NCBI GenBank assembly: GCA_009914755.4
Contig: CP086569.2
Location: forward strand, 32,001-96,000
Length of the DNA: 64,000 bases
Direction of reading: 5' to 3'
From: the human T2T-CHM13v2.0 reference genome, Homo sapiens
This document shows, one piece after another, positions 1 to 14,700 of this stretch. The position numbers were made by a program, and so were the translations under genes. The notes beneath the pieces are model-generated. The model worked only from the letters and a program-made list of their open reading frames with translations, did no database searches and was not told where the DNA came from. Each line of letters begins with the position of its first letter. The first letter of the stretch is position 1.

Positions 1-3000
1 CTCTAGAGTCGGCATTGGGCCTAGGTCTCATTGAGGACAGATAGAGACCAGACTGTTGAAACTTTAGAGTCTGCATTGGGCCTAGGTCTCATTGAGGACA
101 GATAGAGGGCAGACTGTGCAACCTTTAGAGTCTACAATGGGCCTAGGTATCAGTGAGGACAAATAGAGAGGAGACTGTGCAACCTTTAGAGTCTGCACTG
201 GCCCTAGGTCTCTTTGAGGACAGACAGAGAGCAGAATGTGCAAACTTTAGAGTCTGCACTGGGCCTAGGTGTCATTGAGGACAGATAGAGACCAGACTGT
301 GCAACCTTTAGAGTCTGCATTGGGCCTAGGTCTCCTTGAGGTCAGACAGACAGCAGACTCTGCAACCTTTAGAGTCTGCATTGGGCCTAGGTCTAATTGC
401 GGACAGATAGACAGCAGACTGTGCAACGTTTAGAGTCTGCATTGGGCCTAGGTCTAATTGCGGACAGATAGAGAGCAGACTATGCAACGTTTAGAGTCTG
501 CATTGGGCCTGGGTCTCATTGAGGACAGATAGAGAGCAGACTGTGCAACCTTTAGGGTCTCTATTGGGCCTAGGTCTCATTGAGGACAGATAGGGAGCGG
601 ACTGTGCAACCTTTAGAGTCTGCATTGGGCCTAGGTCTCATTGAGGGCAGATAGAGAGCAGGCTCGGCAACCCTTAGAGTCTGCATTGGGCCTAGATATC
701 ATTGAGGACAGATAGAGAGCATGCTATGCAACCTTTAGAGTCTGCACTGGGCCTAGGTCTCATTGAGGACACATAGAGAGCAGACTGTGCAACCTTTAGA
801 GTCTGCATTGGGCCTATGTCTCATTGAGGACAGTTAGAGAGCAGACTGTGCAACCTTTAGAGTCTGCATTTGGCCTAGGTCTCATTGAGGACAGAAAGAG
901 ACCAGAGTGTGCAAACTTTAGAGTCTGCATTGGGCCTAGGTCTCATTGAGGACAGATAGAGAGCAGACTGTAGAACCTTTATAGTCTGCATTGGGCCTAG
1001 GTCTCATTGAGGTCAGATAGAGAGCAGACTGTGCAAGCTTTAGAGTCTGCACTTGTCCTAGGTCTCATTGAGGACAGATAGAGAACAGACTGTGCAACCT
1101 TTAGAGTCTGCATTGGGCCTAGGTCTCATTGAGGGCAGTTAGAGAGCAGACTGTGCAAACTTTAGAGTCTGCATTGGGCCTAGGTCTCATTGAGAGCAGA
1201 TAGAGAGCACACTGTGCAAACTCTAGAGTCGGCATTGGGCCTAGGTCTCATTGAGGACAGATAGAGACCAGACTGTGCAAACTTTAGAGTCTGCATTGGG
1301 CCTAGGTCTCATTGAGGACAGATAGAGGGCAGACTGTGCAACCTTTAGAGTCTGCATTGGGCCTAGGTCTCATTGAGGACAGATAGAGAGCAGACTTTGC
1401 AAACTTTAGAGTCTGCACTGGGCCTAGGTCTCATTGAGGGCATATAGAGACCATACTGTGCAAACTTTAGAGTCTGCATTGGGTCTAGGTCTCACTGAGG
1501 AGAGATAGAGAGCAGACTTTGCAAACTTCAGAGTCTGCATTAGGTCTAGGTCTCACTGAGGACTGATAGAGAGCAGACTATGCAACTTTAGAGTCTGCCT
1601 GGCCCTAGGTCTCATTGAGGACAGATAGAGAGCAGACTGCGCAAACTTTAGAGTCTGCATTGGGCCTAGGTCTCACTGAGGACAGATAGAGAGCACACTG
1701 TGTAACCTTTAGAGTTTGCATAGGGCCTCGGTCTCATTGAGGACCGATAGAGAGCAGACTGTGCAACCTTTAGAGTCTGCATTGGGCCTGGGTCTCATTG
1801 AGGAAAAATGGAGAGCCGACTGTGCAACCTTTAGAGTCTGCATTGGGCCTAGGTCTCATTGAGGGCAGATAGAGAGCAGACTGTGCAACCTTTAGAGTCT
1901 GCACTAGGGCTAGGTCTCATCGAGGACAGATAGAGAGCAGACTGTGCAACATTTAGAGTCTGCATTGGACCTAGGTCTCACTGAGGACAGATAGAGAGCA
2001 GACTATGCAAACTTTACAGTCTGCACTGGGCCTAGGTCTCATTGAGGACAGATAGAGAGCAGACTGTGCAACCTTTACAGTCTGCATTGGGCCTGGGTCT
2101 CATTCAGGAGAGATAGAGACCAGAATGTGCAACCTTTAGAGTTTGCATTGGGCCTAGGTCTCTTGAGAGCAGATAGAGAGCAGACTGTGCAACCTTTACA
2201 GTCTGCATTGGGCCTAGGTCTCATTGAGGGCCGATAGAGAGCAGACTGTGCAAACTTTAGAGTCTGCACTGGGCCTAGGTCTGATTGAGGACACATAGAG
2301 AGCAGACTGTGCAACCTTTAGAGTCTGCATTTGGCCTAGGTCTCATTGAGGACAGATGGAGAGCACACTGTGCAACCTTTAGAGTCCGCATTGGGCCTAG
2401 GTCTCATTGAGGACAGATAGAGACCAGACTGTGCAACCTTTAGAGTTTGCATTGGGCCTAGGTCTCATTGAGGGCAGATAGAGAGCAGACTGTGCAACCT
2501 TTAGAGTCTGCATTGGGCCTAGGTCTCATTGAGGACCGATAGAGAGCAGACTGTGCAACCTTTAGACTCTGCATTGGGCCTGGGTCTCATTGAGGACAAA
2601 TAGAGAACAGACTGTGCAACCTTTAGAGTCTGCATTGGGCCTAGGTATCAGTGAGGACAGATAGAGAGGAGACTGTGCAACCTTTAGAGTCTGCACTGGG
2701 CCTAGGTCTCTTTGAGGACAGACAGAGAGCAGACTGTGCAAACTTTAGAGTCTGCACTGGGCCTAGGTGTCATTGAGGACAGATAGAGACCAGACTGTGC
2801 AACCTTTAGAGTCTGCATTGGGCCTAGGTCTCCTTGAGGTCAGATAGACAGCAGAATCTGCAACCTTTAGAGTCTGCATTGGGCCTAGGTCTAATTGCGG
2901 ACAGATAGACAGCAGACTGTGCAACGTTTAGAGTCTGCATTGGGCCTAGGTCTAATTGCGGACAGATAGAGAGCAGACTATGCAACGTTTAGAGTCTGCA

Positions 3001-6000
3001 TTGGGCCTGGGTCTCATTGAGGACAGATAGAGAGCAGACTGTGCAACCTTTAGAGTCTCTATTGGGCCTAGGTCTCATTGAGGACAGATAGGGAGAGGAC
3101 TGTGCAACCTTTAGAGTCTGCATTGGGCCTAGGTCTCATTGAGGGCAGATAGAGAGCAGGCTCGGGAACCCTTAGAGTCTGCATTGGGCCTAGATCTCAT
3201 TGAGGACAGATAGAGAGCATACTATGCAACCTTTAGAGTCTGCACTGGGCCTAGGTCTCATTGAGGACACATAGAGAGCAGACTGTGCAACCTTTAGAGT
3301 CTGCATTGGGCCTATGTCTCATTGAGGACAGTTAGAGAGCAGGCTGTGCAACCTTTACAGTCTGCATTTGGCCTAGGTCTCATTGAGGACAGAAAGAGAC
3401 CAGAGTGCGCAAACTTTAGAGTCTGCATTGGGCCTAGGTCTCATTGAGGACAGATAGAGAGCAGACTGTAGAACCTTTATAGTCTGCATTGGGCCTAGGT
3501 CTCTTTGAGGTCAGATAGAGAGCAGACTGTGCAAGCTTTAGAGTCTGCACTTTGCCTAGGTCTCATTGAGGACAGATAGAGAACAGACTGTGCAACCTTT
3601 AGAGTCTGCATTGGGCCTAGGTCTCATTGAGGGCAGTTAGAGAGCAGACTGTGCAACCTTTAGAGTCTGCATTGGGCCTAGGTCTCATTGAGAGCAGATA
3701 GAGAGCACACTGTGCAACCTCTAGAGTCGGCATTGGGCCTAGGTCTCATTGAGGACAGATAGAGACCAGACTGTGCAAACTTTAGAGTCTGCATTGGGCC
3801 TAGGTCTCATTGAGGACAGATAGAGGGCAGACTGTGCAACCTTTAGAGTCTGCATTGAGCCTAGGTCTCATTGAGGACAGATAGAGAGCAGACTGTGCAA
3901 CCTTTCGAGTCTGCACTGGGCCTAGGTCTCATTGAGGGCATATAGAGACCATACTGTGCAAACTTTAGAGTCTGCATTGGGTCTAGGTCTCACTGAGGAG
4001 AGATAGAGAGCAGACTTTGCAAACTTTAGAGTCTGCATTAGGTCTAGGTCTCACTGAGGACTGATAGAGAGCAGACTATGCAACTTTAGAGTCTGCACTG
4101 GCCCTAGGTCTCATTGAGGACAGATAGAGAGCAGACTGCGCAAACTTTAGAGTCTGCATTGGGTCTAGGTCTCATTGAGGACAGATAGAGAGCACACTGT
4201 GTAACCTTTAGAGTCTGCATAGAGCCTCGGTCTCATTGAGGACCGATAGAGAGCAGACTGTGCAACCTTTAGAATCTGCATTGGGCCTAGGTCTCATTGA
4301 GGGCAGGTAGAGAGCCGACTGTGCAACCTTTAGAGTCTGCATTGGGCCAAGGTCTCATTGAGGTCAGATAGAGAGCACACTGTGCAACCTTTAGAGACTG
4401 CATTGAGCCTGGGTCTCATTGAGGACAGATAGAGAGCAGACTGTGCAACCTTTAGAGTCTGCATTGGGCCTAGGTCTCATTGAGGGCACATAGAGAGCAG
4501 ACTGCACAACCTTTAGAGTCTGCATTGGGCCTACGTCTCATTGAGGGCAGATAGAGAACAGACGGTGCAACCTTTACAGTCTGCATTGGGCCTAGGTCTC
4601 AATGAGGGCAGGTAGAGAGCCGACTGTACAACCTTTAGAGTCTGCATTGGGCCTAGGTCTCATTGAGGGCAGATAGAGAGCAGACGGTGCAACCTTTAGA
4701 GTCTGCATTGGGCCTAGGTCTCATTGAGGACAGATAGAGAGCAGACTGTGCAACCTTTAGAGACTGCATTGAGCCTGAGTCTCATTGAGGACAGATAGAG
4801 AGCAGACTGTGCAACCATTAGAGTCTGCATTGGGCCTAGGTCTCATTGAGGGCACATAGAGAGCAGACTGTGCAACCTTTAGAGTCTGCATTGGGCCTAG
4901 GTCTCATTGAGGACAGATAGAGAGCAGACTGTGCAACCTTTAGAGTCTGCATTGGGTCTAGGGCTCATTGAGGGCAGACAGAGAGCAGACTGTGCAAACT
5001 TTAGAGTCTGCATTGGGCCTAGGTCTCATTGAAGACAGATAGAGAGCAGACTGTGCAACCTTTAGAGTCCGAATTGGGCCTCGGTCTCATTGAGGACCGA
5101 TGGAGAGCAGACTGTGCAACCTTTAGAGTCTGCATTGGGCCTGGGTCTCACTGAGGACAAATAGAGAGCAGACTGTGCAACCTTTAGGGACTGCATTGGA
5201 CCTAGGTCTCATTGAGGACAGATAGAGAGCAGACTAGGCAACCTTTAGAGTCGGCACTGGGCCTAGGTCTCATTGAGGACACATATAGAGCAGACTGTGC
5301 AACCTTTACAGTCTGCATTGGGCCTGGGTCTCATTGAGGACAGATAGAGACCAGACTGTGCAAACTTTAGAGTCTGCATTGGGCCTAGGTCTCATTGAGG
5401 GCAGATAGAGAGCAGACTGTGCAACCTTTAGAGTCTGCACTGGGCCTAGGTCTCATTGAGGACAGATAGAGAGCAGACTGTGCAACCTTTAGAGTCTGCA
5501 TTGGGCCTAGGTCTCATTGAGAGCAGATAGAGAGCATACTGTGCAACCTTTAGAGTCGGCATTGGGCCTAGGTCTCATTCAGGACAGATAGAGAGCAGAC
5601 TAGGCAACCATTAGAGTCGGCACTGGTCCTAGGTCTCATTGAGGACAGATATAGAGCAGACTGTGCAACCTTTAGAGTCTGCATTGTGCCTGGGTCTCAT
5701 TGAGGACAGATAGAGAGCAGAGTGAGCAACCTTTAGAGTCTGCACTGGGCCTAGGTCTCATTGAGGACAGATAGAGAGCAGACTGTGCAACCTCTAGAGT
5801 CTGCATTGGGCCTAGGTCTCATTGAGGGCATTTAGAGAGCAGACTGCGCAACCTTTAGAGTCTGCATTGGGCCTAGGTCTCATTGAGAGCAGATAGAGAG
5901 CACACTGTGCAACCTCTAGAGTCGGCATTGGGCCTAGGTCTCATTGAGGACAGATAGAGACCAGACTGTGCAAACTTTAGAGTTTGCATTGGACCTAGGT

Positions 6001-7498
6001 CTCATTGAGGGCAGATAGAGAGCAAACTGTGCAACCTTTAGAGTCTGCATTGGGCCTAGGTCTCATTGAGGACAGATAGAGAGCAGACTGTGCAACCTTT
6101 AGAGTCTGCACTGGGCCTAGGTCTCTTTGAGGACAGACAGAGAGCAGACTGTGCAAACTTTAGAGTCTGCACTGGGCCTAGGTGTCATTGAGGACAGAAA
6201 GAGACCAGACTGTGCAACCTTTAGAGTCTGCATTGGGCCTAGGTCTCCTTGAGGTCAGATAGACAGCAGACTGTGCAACCTTTAGAGTCTGCATTGGGCC
6301 TAGGTCTAATTGCGGACAGATAGAGAGCAGACTATGCAACGTTTAGAGTCTGCATTGGGCCTGGGTCTCATTCAGGACAGATAGAGAGCAGACTGTGCAA
6401 CCTTTAGAGTCTCTATTGGGCCTAGGTCTCATTGAGGACAGATAGAGAGCGGACTGTGCAACCTTTAGAGTCTGCATTGGGCCTAGGTCTCATTGAGGGC
6501 AGATAGAGAGCAGGCTCGGCAACCCTTAGAGTCTGCATTGGGCCTAGATCTTATTGAGGACAGATAGAGAGCATACTATGCAACCTTTAGAGTCTGCATT
6601 GGGCCTAGGTCTCATTGAGGACACATAGAGAGCAGACTGTGCAACCTTTAGAGTCTGCATTGGGCCTATGTCTCATTGAGGACAGTTAGAGAGCAGACTG
6701 TGCAACCTTTAGAGTCTGCATTTGGCCTAGGTCTCATTGAGGACAGAAACAGACCAGAGTGTGCAACCTTTAGAGTCAGCATTGGGCCTAGGTCTCATTG
6801 AGGACAGATAGAGAGCAGACTGTAGAAACTTTATAGTCTGCATTGGGCCTAGGTCTCATTGAGGTCAGATAGAGAGCAGACGGTGCAAGCTTTAGAGTCT
6901 GCACTTGGCCTAGGTCTCATTGAGGACAGATAGAGAGCAGACTGTGCAAACTCTAGAGTCTGCATTGGGCCTAGGTCTCATTGAGGGCAGATAGAGACCA
7001 GACTATGCAACGTTTAGAGTCTGCATTGGGCCTAGGTCTCATTGAGGGCAGTTAGAGAGCAGACTGTGCAACCTTTAGAGTCTGCATTGGGCCTAGGTCT
7101 CATTGAGAGCAGATAGAGAGCACACTGTGCAAACTTTAGAGTCGGCATTGGGCCTAGGTCTCATTGAGGACAGATAGAGACCGGACTGTGCAACCTTTAG
7201 AGTCTGCATTGGGCCTACGTGTCATTGAGGACAGATAGAGAGCAGACTAGGCAACCATTAGAGTCGGCACTGGTCCTAGGTCTCATTGAGGACAGATATA
7301 GAGCAGACTGTGCAACCTTTAGAGTCTGCATTGGGCCTGGGTCTCATTGAGGACAGATAGCGACCAGACTGTGCAACCTTTAGAGTCTGCATTGGGCTTA
7401 GGTCTCATTGAGGGCAGTTAGAGAGCAGACTGTGCAACCTTTAGAGTCTGCATTGGGCCTAGGTCTCATTGAGAGCAGATAGAGAGCACACTGTGCAA

Positions 7499-10400
7499 CC
7501 TCTAGAGTCGGCATTGGGCCTAGGTCTCATTGAGGACAGATAGAGACCAGACTGTTGAAACTTTAGAGTCTGCATTGGGCCTAGGTCTCATTGAGGACAG
7601 ATAGAGGGCAGACTGTGCAACCTTTAGAGTCTACAATGGGCCTAGGTATCAGTGAGGACAAATAGAGAGGAGACTGTGCAACCTTTAGAGTCTGCACTGG
7701 CCCTAGGTCTCTTTGAGGACAGACAGAGAGCAGAATGTGCAAACTTTAGAGTCTGCACTGGGCCTAGGTGTCATTGAGGACAGATAGAGACCAGACTGTG
7801 CAACCTTTAGAGTCTGCATTGGGCCTAGGTCTCCTTGAGGTCAGACAGACAGCAGACTCTGCAACCTTTAGAGTCTGCATTGGGCCTAGGTCTAATTGCG
7901 GACAGATAGACAGCAGACTGTGCAACGTTTAGAGTCTGCATTGGGCCTAGGTCTAATTGCGGACAGATAGAGAGCAGACTATGCAACGTTTAGAGTCTGC
8001 ATTGGGCCTGGGTCTCATTGAGGACAGATAGAGAGCAGACTGTGCAACCTTTAGGGTCTCTATTGGGCCTAGGTCTCATTGAGGACAGATAGGGAGCGGA
8101 CTGTGCAACCTTTAGAGTCTGCATTGGGCCTAGGTCTCATTGAGGGCAGATAGAGAGCAGGCTCGGCAACCCTTAGAGTCTGCATTGGGCCTAGATATCA
8201 TTGAGGACAGATAGAGAGCATGCTATGCAACCTTTAGAGTCTGCACTGGGCCTAGGTCTCATTGAGGACACATAGAGAGCAGACTGTGCAACCTTTAGAG
8301 TCTGCATTGGGCCTATGTCTCATTGAGGACAGTTAGAGAGCAGACTGTGCAACCTTTAGAGTCTGCATTTGGCCTAGGTCTCATTGAGGACAGAAAGAGA
8401 CCAGAGTGTGCAAACTTTAGAGTCTGCATTGGGCCTAGGTCTCATTGAGGACAGATAGAGAGCAGACTGTAGAACCTTTATAGTCTGCATTGGGCCTAGG
8501 TCTCATTGAGGTCAGATAGAGAGCAGACTGTGCAAGCTTTAGAGTCTGCACTTGTCCTAGGTCTCATTGAGGACAGATAGAGAACAGACTGTGCAACCTT
8601 TAGAGTCTGCATTGGGCCTAGGTCTCATTGAGGGCAGTTAGAGAGCAGACTGTGCAAACTTTAGAGTCTGCATTGGGCCTAGGTCTCATTGAGAGCAGAT
8701 AGAGAGCACACTGTGCAAACTCTAGAGTCGGCATTGGGCCTAGGTCTCATTGAGGACAGATAGAGACCAGACTGTGCAAACTTTAGAGTCTGCATTGGGC
8801 CTAGGTCTCATTGAGGACAGATAGAGGGCAGACTGTGCAACCTTTAGAGTCTGCATTGGGCCTAGGTCTCATTGAGGACAGATAGAGAGCAGACTTTGCA
8901 AACTTTAGAGTCTGCACTGGGCCTAGGTCTCATTGAGGGCATATAGAGACCATACTGTGCAAACTTTAGAGTCTGCATTGGGTCTAGGTCTCACTGAGGA
9001 GAGATAGAGAGCAGACTTTGCAAACTTCAGAGTCTGCATTAGGTCTAGGTCTCACTGAGGACTGATAGAGAGCAGACTATGCAACTTTAGAGTCTGCCTG
9101 GCCCTAGGTCTCATTGAGGACAGATAGAGAGCAGACTGCGCAAACTTTAGAGTCTGCATTGGGCCTAGGTCTCACTGAGGACAGATAGAGAGCACACTGT
9201 GTAACCTTTAGAGTTTGCATAGGGCCTCGGTCTCATTGAGGACCGATAGAGAGCAGACTGTGCAACCTTTAGAGTCTGCATTGGGCCTGGGTCTCATTGA
9301 GGAAAAATAGAGAGCAGACTGTGCAACCTTTAGAGTCTGCATTGGGCCTAGGTCTCATTGAGGGCAGATAGAGAGCAGACTGTGCAACCTTTAGAGTCTG
9401 CACTAGGGCTAGGTCTCATCGAGGACAGATAGAGAGCAGACTGTGCAACATTTAGAGTCTGCATTGGACCTAGGTCTCACTGAGGACAGATAGAGAGCAG
9501 ACTATGCAAACTTTACAGTCTGCACTGGGCCTAGGTCTCATTGAGGACAGATAGAGAGCAGACTGTGCAACCTTTACAGTCTGCATTGGGCCTGGGTCTC
9601 ATTCAGGAGAGATAGAGACCAGAATGTGCAACCTTTAGAGTTTGCATTGGGCCTAGGTCTCTTGAGAGCAGATAGAGAGCAGACTGTGCAACCTTTACAG
9701 TCTGCATTGGGCCTAGGTCTCATTGAGGGCCGATAGAGAGCAGACTGTGCAAACTTTAGAGTCTGCACTGGGCCTAGGTCTGATTGAGGACACATAGAGA
9801 GCAGACTGTGCAACCTTTAGAGTCTGCATTTGGCCTAGGTCTCATTGAGGACAGATGGAGAGCACACTGTGCAACCTTTAGAGTCCGCATTGGGCCTAGG
9901 TCTCATTGAGGACAGATAGAGACCAGACTGTGCAACCTTTAGAGTTTGCATTGGGCCTAGGTCTCATTGAGGGCAGATAGAGAGCAGACTGTGCAACCTT
10001 TAGAGTCTGCATTGGGCCTAGGTCTCATTGAGGACCGATAGAGAGCAGACTGTGCAACCTTTAGACTCTGCATTGGGCCTGGGTCTCATTGAGGACAAAT
10101 AGAGAACAGACTGTGCAACCTTTAGAGTCTGCATTGGGCCTAGGTATCAGTGAGGACAGATAGAGAGGAGACTGTGCAACCTTTAGAGTCTGCACTGGGC
10201 CTAGGTCTCTTTGAGGACAGACAGAGAGCAGACTGTGCAAACTTTAGAGTCTGCACTGGGCCTAGGTGTCATTGAGGACAGATAGAGACCAGACTGTGCA
10301 ACCTTTAGAGTCTGCATTGGGCCTAGGTCTCCTTGAGGTCAGATAGACAGCAGAATCTGCAACCTTTAGAGTCTGCATTGGGCCTAGGTCTAATTGCGGA

Positions 10401-11750
10401 CAGATAGACAGCAGACTGTGCAACGTTTAGAGTCTGCATTGGGCCTAGGTCTAATTGCGGACAGATAGAGAGCAGACTATGCAACGTTTAGAGTCTGCAT
10501 TGGGCCTGGGTCTCATTGAGGACAGATAGAGAGCAGACTGTGCAACCTTTAGAGTCTCTATTGGGCCTAGGTCTCATTGAGGACAGATAGGGAGAGGACT
10601 GTGCAACCTTTAGAGTCTGCATTGGGCCTAGGTCTCATTGAGGGCAGATAGAGAGCAGGCTCGGGAACCCTTAGAGTCTGCATTGGGCCTAGATCTCATT
10701 GAGGACAGATAGAGAGCATACTATGCAACCTTTAGAGTCTGCACTGGGCCTAGGTCTCATTGAGGACACATAGAGAGCAGACTGTGCAAGCTTTAGAGTC
10801 TGCATTGGGCCTATGTCTCATTGAGGACAGTTAGAGAGCAGGCTGTGCAACCTTTACAGTCTGCATTTGGCCTAGGTCTCATTGAGGACAGAAAGAGACC
10901 AGAGTGCGCAAACTTTAGAGTCTGCATTGGGCCTAGGTCTCATTGAGGACAGATAGAGAGCAGACTGTAGAACCTTTATAGTCTGCATTGGGCCTAGGTC
11001 TCATTGAGGTCAGATAGAGAGCAGACTGTGCAAGCTTTAGAGTCTGCACTTGGCCTAGGTCTCATTGAGGACAGATAGAGAACAGACTGTGCAACCTTTA
11101 GAGTCTGCATTGGGCCTAGGTCTCATTGAGGGCAGTTAGAGAGCAGACTGTGCAACCTTTAGAGTCTGCATTGGGCCTAGGTCTCATTGAGAGCAGATAG
11201 AGAGCACACTGTGCAACCTCTAGAGTCGGCATTGGGCCTAGGTCTCATTGAGGACAGATAGAGACCAGACTGTGCAAACTTTAGAGTCTGCATTGGGCCT
11301 AGGTCTCATTGAGGACAGATAGAGGGCAGACTGTGCAACCTTTAGAGTCTGCATTGAGCCTAGGTCTCATTGAGGACAGATAGAGAGCAGACTGTGCAAC
11401 CTTTCGAGTCTGCACTGGGCCTAGGTCTCATTGAGGGCATATAGAGACCATACTGTGCAAACTTTAGAGTCTGCATTGGGTCTAGGTCTCACTGAGGAGA
11501 GATAGAGAGCAGACTTTGCAAACTTTAGAGTCTGCATTAGGTCTAGGTCTCACTGAGGACTGATAGAGAGCAGACTATGCAACTTTAGAGTCTGCACTGG
11601 CCCTAGGTCTCATTGAGGACAGATAGAGAGCAGACTGCGCAAACTTTAGAGTCTGCATTGGGTCTAGGTCTCATTGAGGACAGATAGAGAGCACACTGTG
11701 TAACCTTTAGAGTCTGCATAGAGCCTCGGTCTCATTGAGGACCGATAGAG
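7499..11750. repeat. Higher-order repeat copy: 7499..~11750 is a near-identical copy of 1..~4250 (offset 7,499 bp, about 123 units)
   Basis: Identical 240-nt ORF artefacts at 2075-2314 and 9574-9813. Diagnostic variant units (e.g. CTCTAGAGTCGGCATTGGG ... GACTGTTGAAAC) occur at 1 and 7499, at 1201 and 8700, and at 3721 and 11220. The copies diverge after ~4250 / ~11750. Confidence 0.85.
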
Positions 11751-14700
11751 AGCAGACTGTGCCACCTTTAGAGTCTGCATTGGGCCTGGGTCTCACTGAG
11801 GAGAAATAGAGAGCAGACTGTGCAACCTTTAGAGTCTGCATTGGGCCTAGGTCTCATTGAGGACAGATGGAGAGCAGACTGTGCAACCTTTAGAGTCTGC
11901 ATTGGGCCTAGGTCTCATTGAGGGCAGATAGAGAGCAGACTGTGCAACCTTTAGAGTCTGCATTGGGCCTAGGTCTCATTGAGAGCAGATAGAGAGCATA
12001 CTGTGCAACCTTTAGAGTCGGCATTGGGCCTAGGTCTCATTGAGGACAGATAGAGACCAGACTGTGCAACCTTTAGAGTCTGCATTGGGCCTAGGTCTCA
12101 TTGAGGACAGATAGAGAGCAGACTATGCAACCATTAGAGTCGACACTGGTCCTAGGTCTCATTGAGGACAGATATAGAGCAGACTGTGCAACCTTTAGAG
12201 TCTGCATTGTGCCTGGGTCTCATTGAGGACAGATAGAGAGCAGACTAGGCAACCATTAGAGTCGACACTGGTCCTAGGTCTAATTGAGGACAGATATAGT
12301 GCAGACTGTGCAACCTTTAGAGTCTGCATTGGGCCTGGGTCTTATTGAGGACAGATAGAGACCAGACTGTGCAACCTTTAGAGTCTGCACTGGGCCTAGG
12401 TCTCATTGAGGACAGATAGAGGGCAGACTGTGCAACCTTTAGAGTCTGCATTGGGCCTAGGTCTCATTGAGGACAGATAGAGAGCAGACTGTGCAACCTT
12501 TAGAGTCTGCACTGGGCCTAGGTCTCATTGAGGGCAGATAGAGACCATACTGTGCAACCTTTAGAATCTGCATTGGGTCTAGGTCTCACTGAGGAGAGAT
12601 AGAGAGCAGACTTTGCAAACTTTAGAGTCTGCATTGGGTCTAGGTCTCACTGAGGACTGATAGAGAGCAGACTATGCAACCTTTAGAGTCTGCACTGGCA
12701 CTAGGTCTCATTGAGGACAGATACAGAGCAGACTGCGCAAACTTTAGAGTCTGCATTGGGCCTAGGTCTCATTGAGGACAGATAGAGAGCACACTGTGTA
12801 ACCTTTAGAGTCTGCATAGGGCCTCGGTCTCTATGAGGACCGATAGAGAGCAGACTGTGCAACCTTTAGAGTCTGCATTGGGCCTGGGTCTCATTGAGGA
12901 CAAATAGAGAGCAGACTGTGCAACCTTTAGAGTCTGCATTGGGCCTAGGTCTCATTGAGGAGAGATGGAGAGCAGACTGTGCAACCTTTAGAGTCTGCAT
13001 TGGGCCTAGGTCTCATTGAGAGCAGATAGAGAGCAGAGTGTGCAACCTTTAGAGTCTGCATTGGGCCTAGGTCTCATTGAGGGCAGATAGAGACCAGACT
13101 GTGCAACCTTTAGAGTCTGCATTGGGCCTAGGTCTCATTGAGAGCAGATAGAGAGCAGACTGTGCAACCTTTAGAGTCTGCATTGAGCCTAGGTCTCATT
13201 GAGGAGAGATAGAGAGCAGACTGTGCAACCTTTAGAGTCTGCATTGGGCCTAGGTCTCATTGAGGACAGATGGAGAGCACACTGTGCAACCTTTAGAGTC
13301 CGCATTGGGCCTAGGTGTCATTGAGGACAGATAGAGACCAGACTGTGCAACCTTTAGAGTCTGCATTGGGCCTAGGTCTCCTTGAGGTCAGATAGACAGC
13401 AGACTCTGCAACCTTTAGAGTCTGCATTGGGCCTAGGTCTAATTGCGGACAGATAGACAGCAGACTGTGCAACGTTTAGAGTCTGCATTGGGCCTAGGTC
13501 TAATTGCGGACAGATAGAGAGCAGACTATGCAACGTTTAGAGTCTGCATTGGGCCTGGGTCTCATTGAGGACAGATAGAGAGCAGACTGTGCAACCTTTA
13601 GAGTCTCTATTGGGCCTAGGTCTCATTGAGGACAGATAGGGAGCGGACTGTGCAACCTTTAGAGTCTGCATTGGGCCTAGGTCTCATTGACGGCAGACAG
13701 AGAGCAGGCTCGGCAACCCTTAGAGTCTGCATTGGGCCTAGATCTCATTGAGGACAGATAGAGAGCATACTATGCAACCTTTAGAGTCTGCACTGGGCTT
13801 AGTTCTCATTGAGGAAACATAGAGAGCAGACTGTGCAACCTTTAGAGTCTGCATTAGGCCTATGTCTCATTGAGGACAGTTAGAGAGCAGACTGTGCTAC
13901 CTTTAGAGTCTGCATTTGGCCTAGGTCTCATTGAGTACAGAAAGAGACCAGAGTGTGCAACCTTTAGAGTCTGCATTGGGCCTGGGTCTCATTGAGGACA
14001 GATAGAGAGGAGACTGTAGAACCTTTATAGTCTGCATTGGGCCTAGGTCTCATTGAGGTCAGATAGGGAGCAGACTGGGCAAGCTTTAGAGTCTGCACTT
14101 GGCCTAGGTCTCATTGAGGACAGATAGAGAACAGACTGTGCAACCTTTAGAGTCTGCATTGGGCCTAGGTCTCATTGAGGGCAGTTAGAGAGCAGACTGT
14201 GCAACCTTTAGAGTCTGCATTGGGCCTAGGTCTCATTGAGAGCAGATAGAGAGCACACTGTGCAACCTCTAGAGTCGGCATTGGGCCTAGGTCTCATTGA
14301 GGACAGATAGAGACCAGACTGTGCAAACTTTAGAGTCTGCATTGGGCCTAGGTCTCATTGAGGACAGATACAGGGCAGACTGTGCAACCTTTAGAGTCTG
14401 CATTGGGCCTAGGTCTCATTGAGGTCAGATAGAGAGCAGACTGTGCAACCTTTAGAGTCTGCACTGGGCCTAGGTCTCATTGAGGGCAGATAGAGACCAT
14501 ACTGTGCAACCTTTAGAGTCTGCATTGGGTCTAGGTCTCACTGAGGAGAGATAGAGAGCAGACTTTGCAAACTTTAGAGTCTGCATTAGGTCTAGGTCTC
14601 ACTGAGGACTGATAGAGAGCAGATTATGCAACCTTTAGAGTCTGCACTGGCCCTAGGTCTCATTGAGGACAGATAGAGAGCAGACTGCGCAAACTTTAGA

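Noticed and set aside
2075-2314. 79-aa minus-strand ORF (identical twin at 9574-9813)
   Set aside because: It lies entirely inside the 61-bp satellite. The protein is a repeat-derived low-complexity artefact. The duplicate is simply the 7,499-bp higher-order copy and not a conserved gene.
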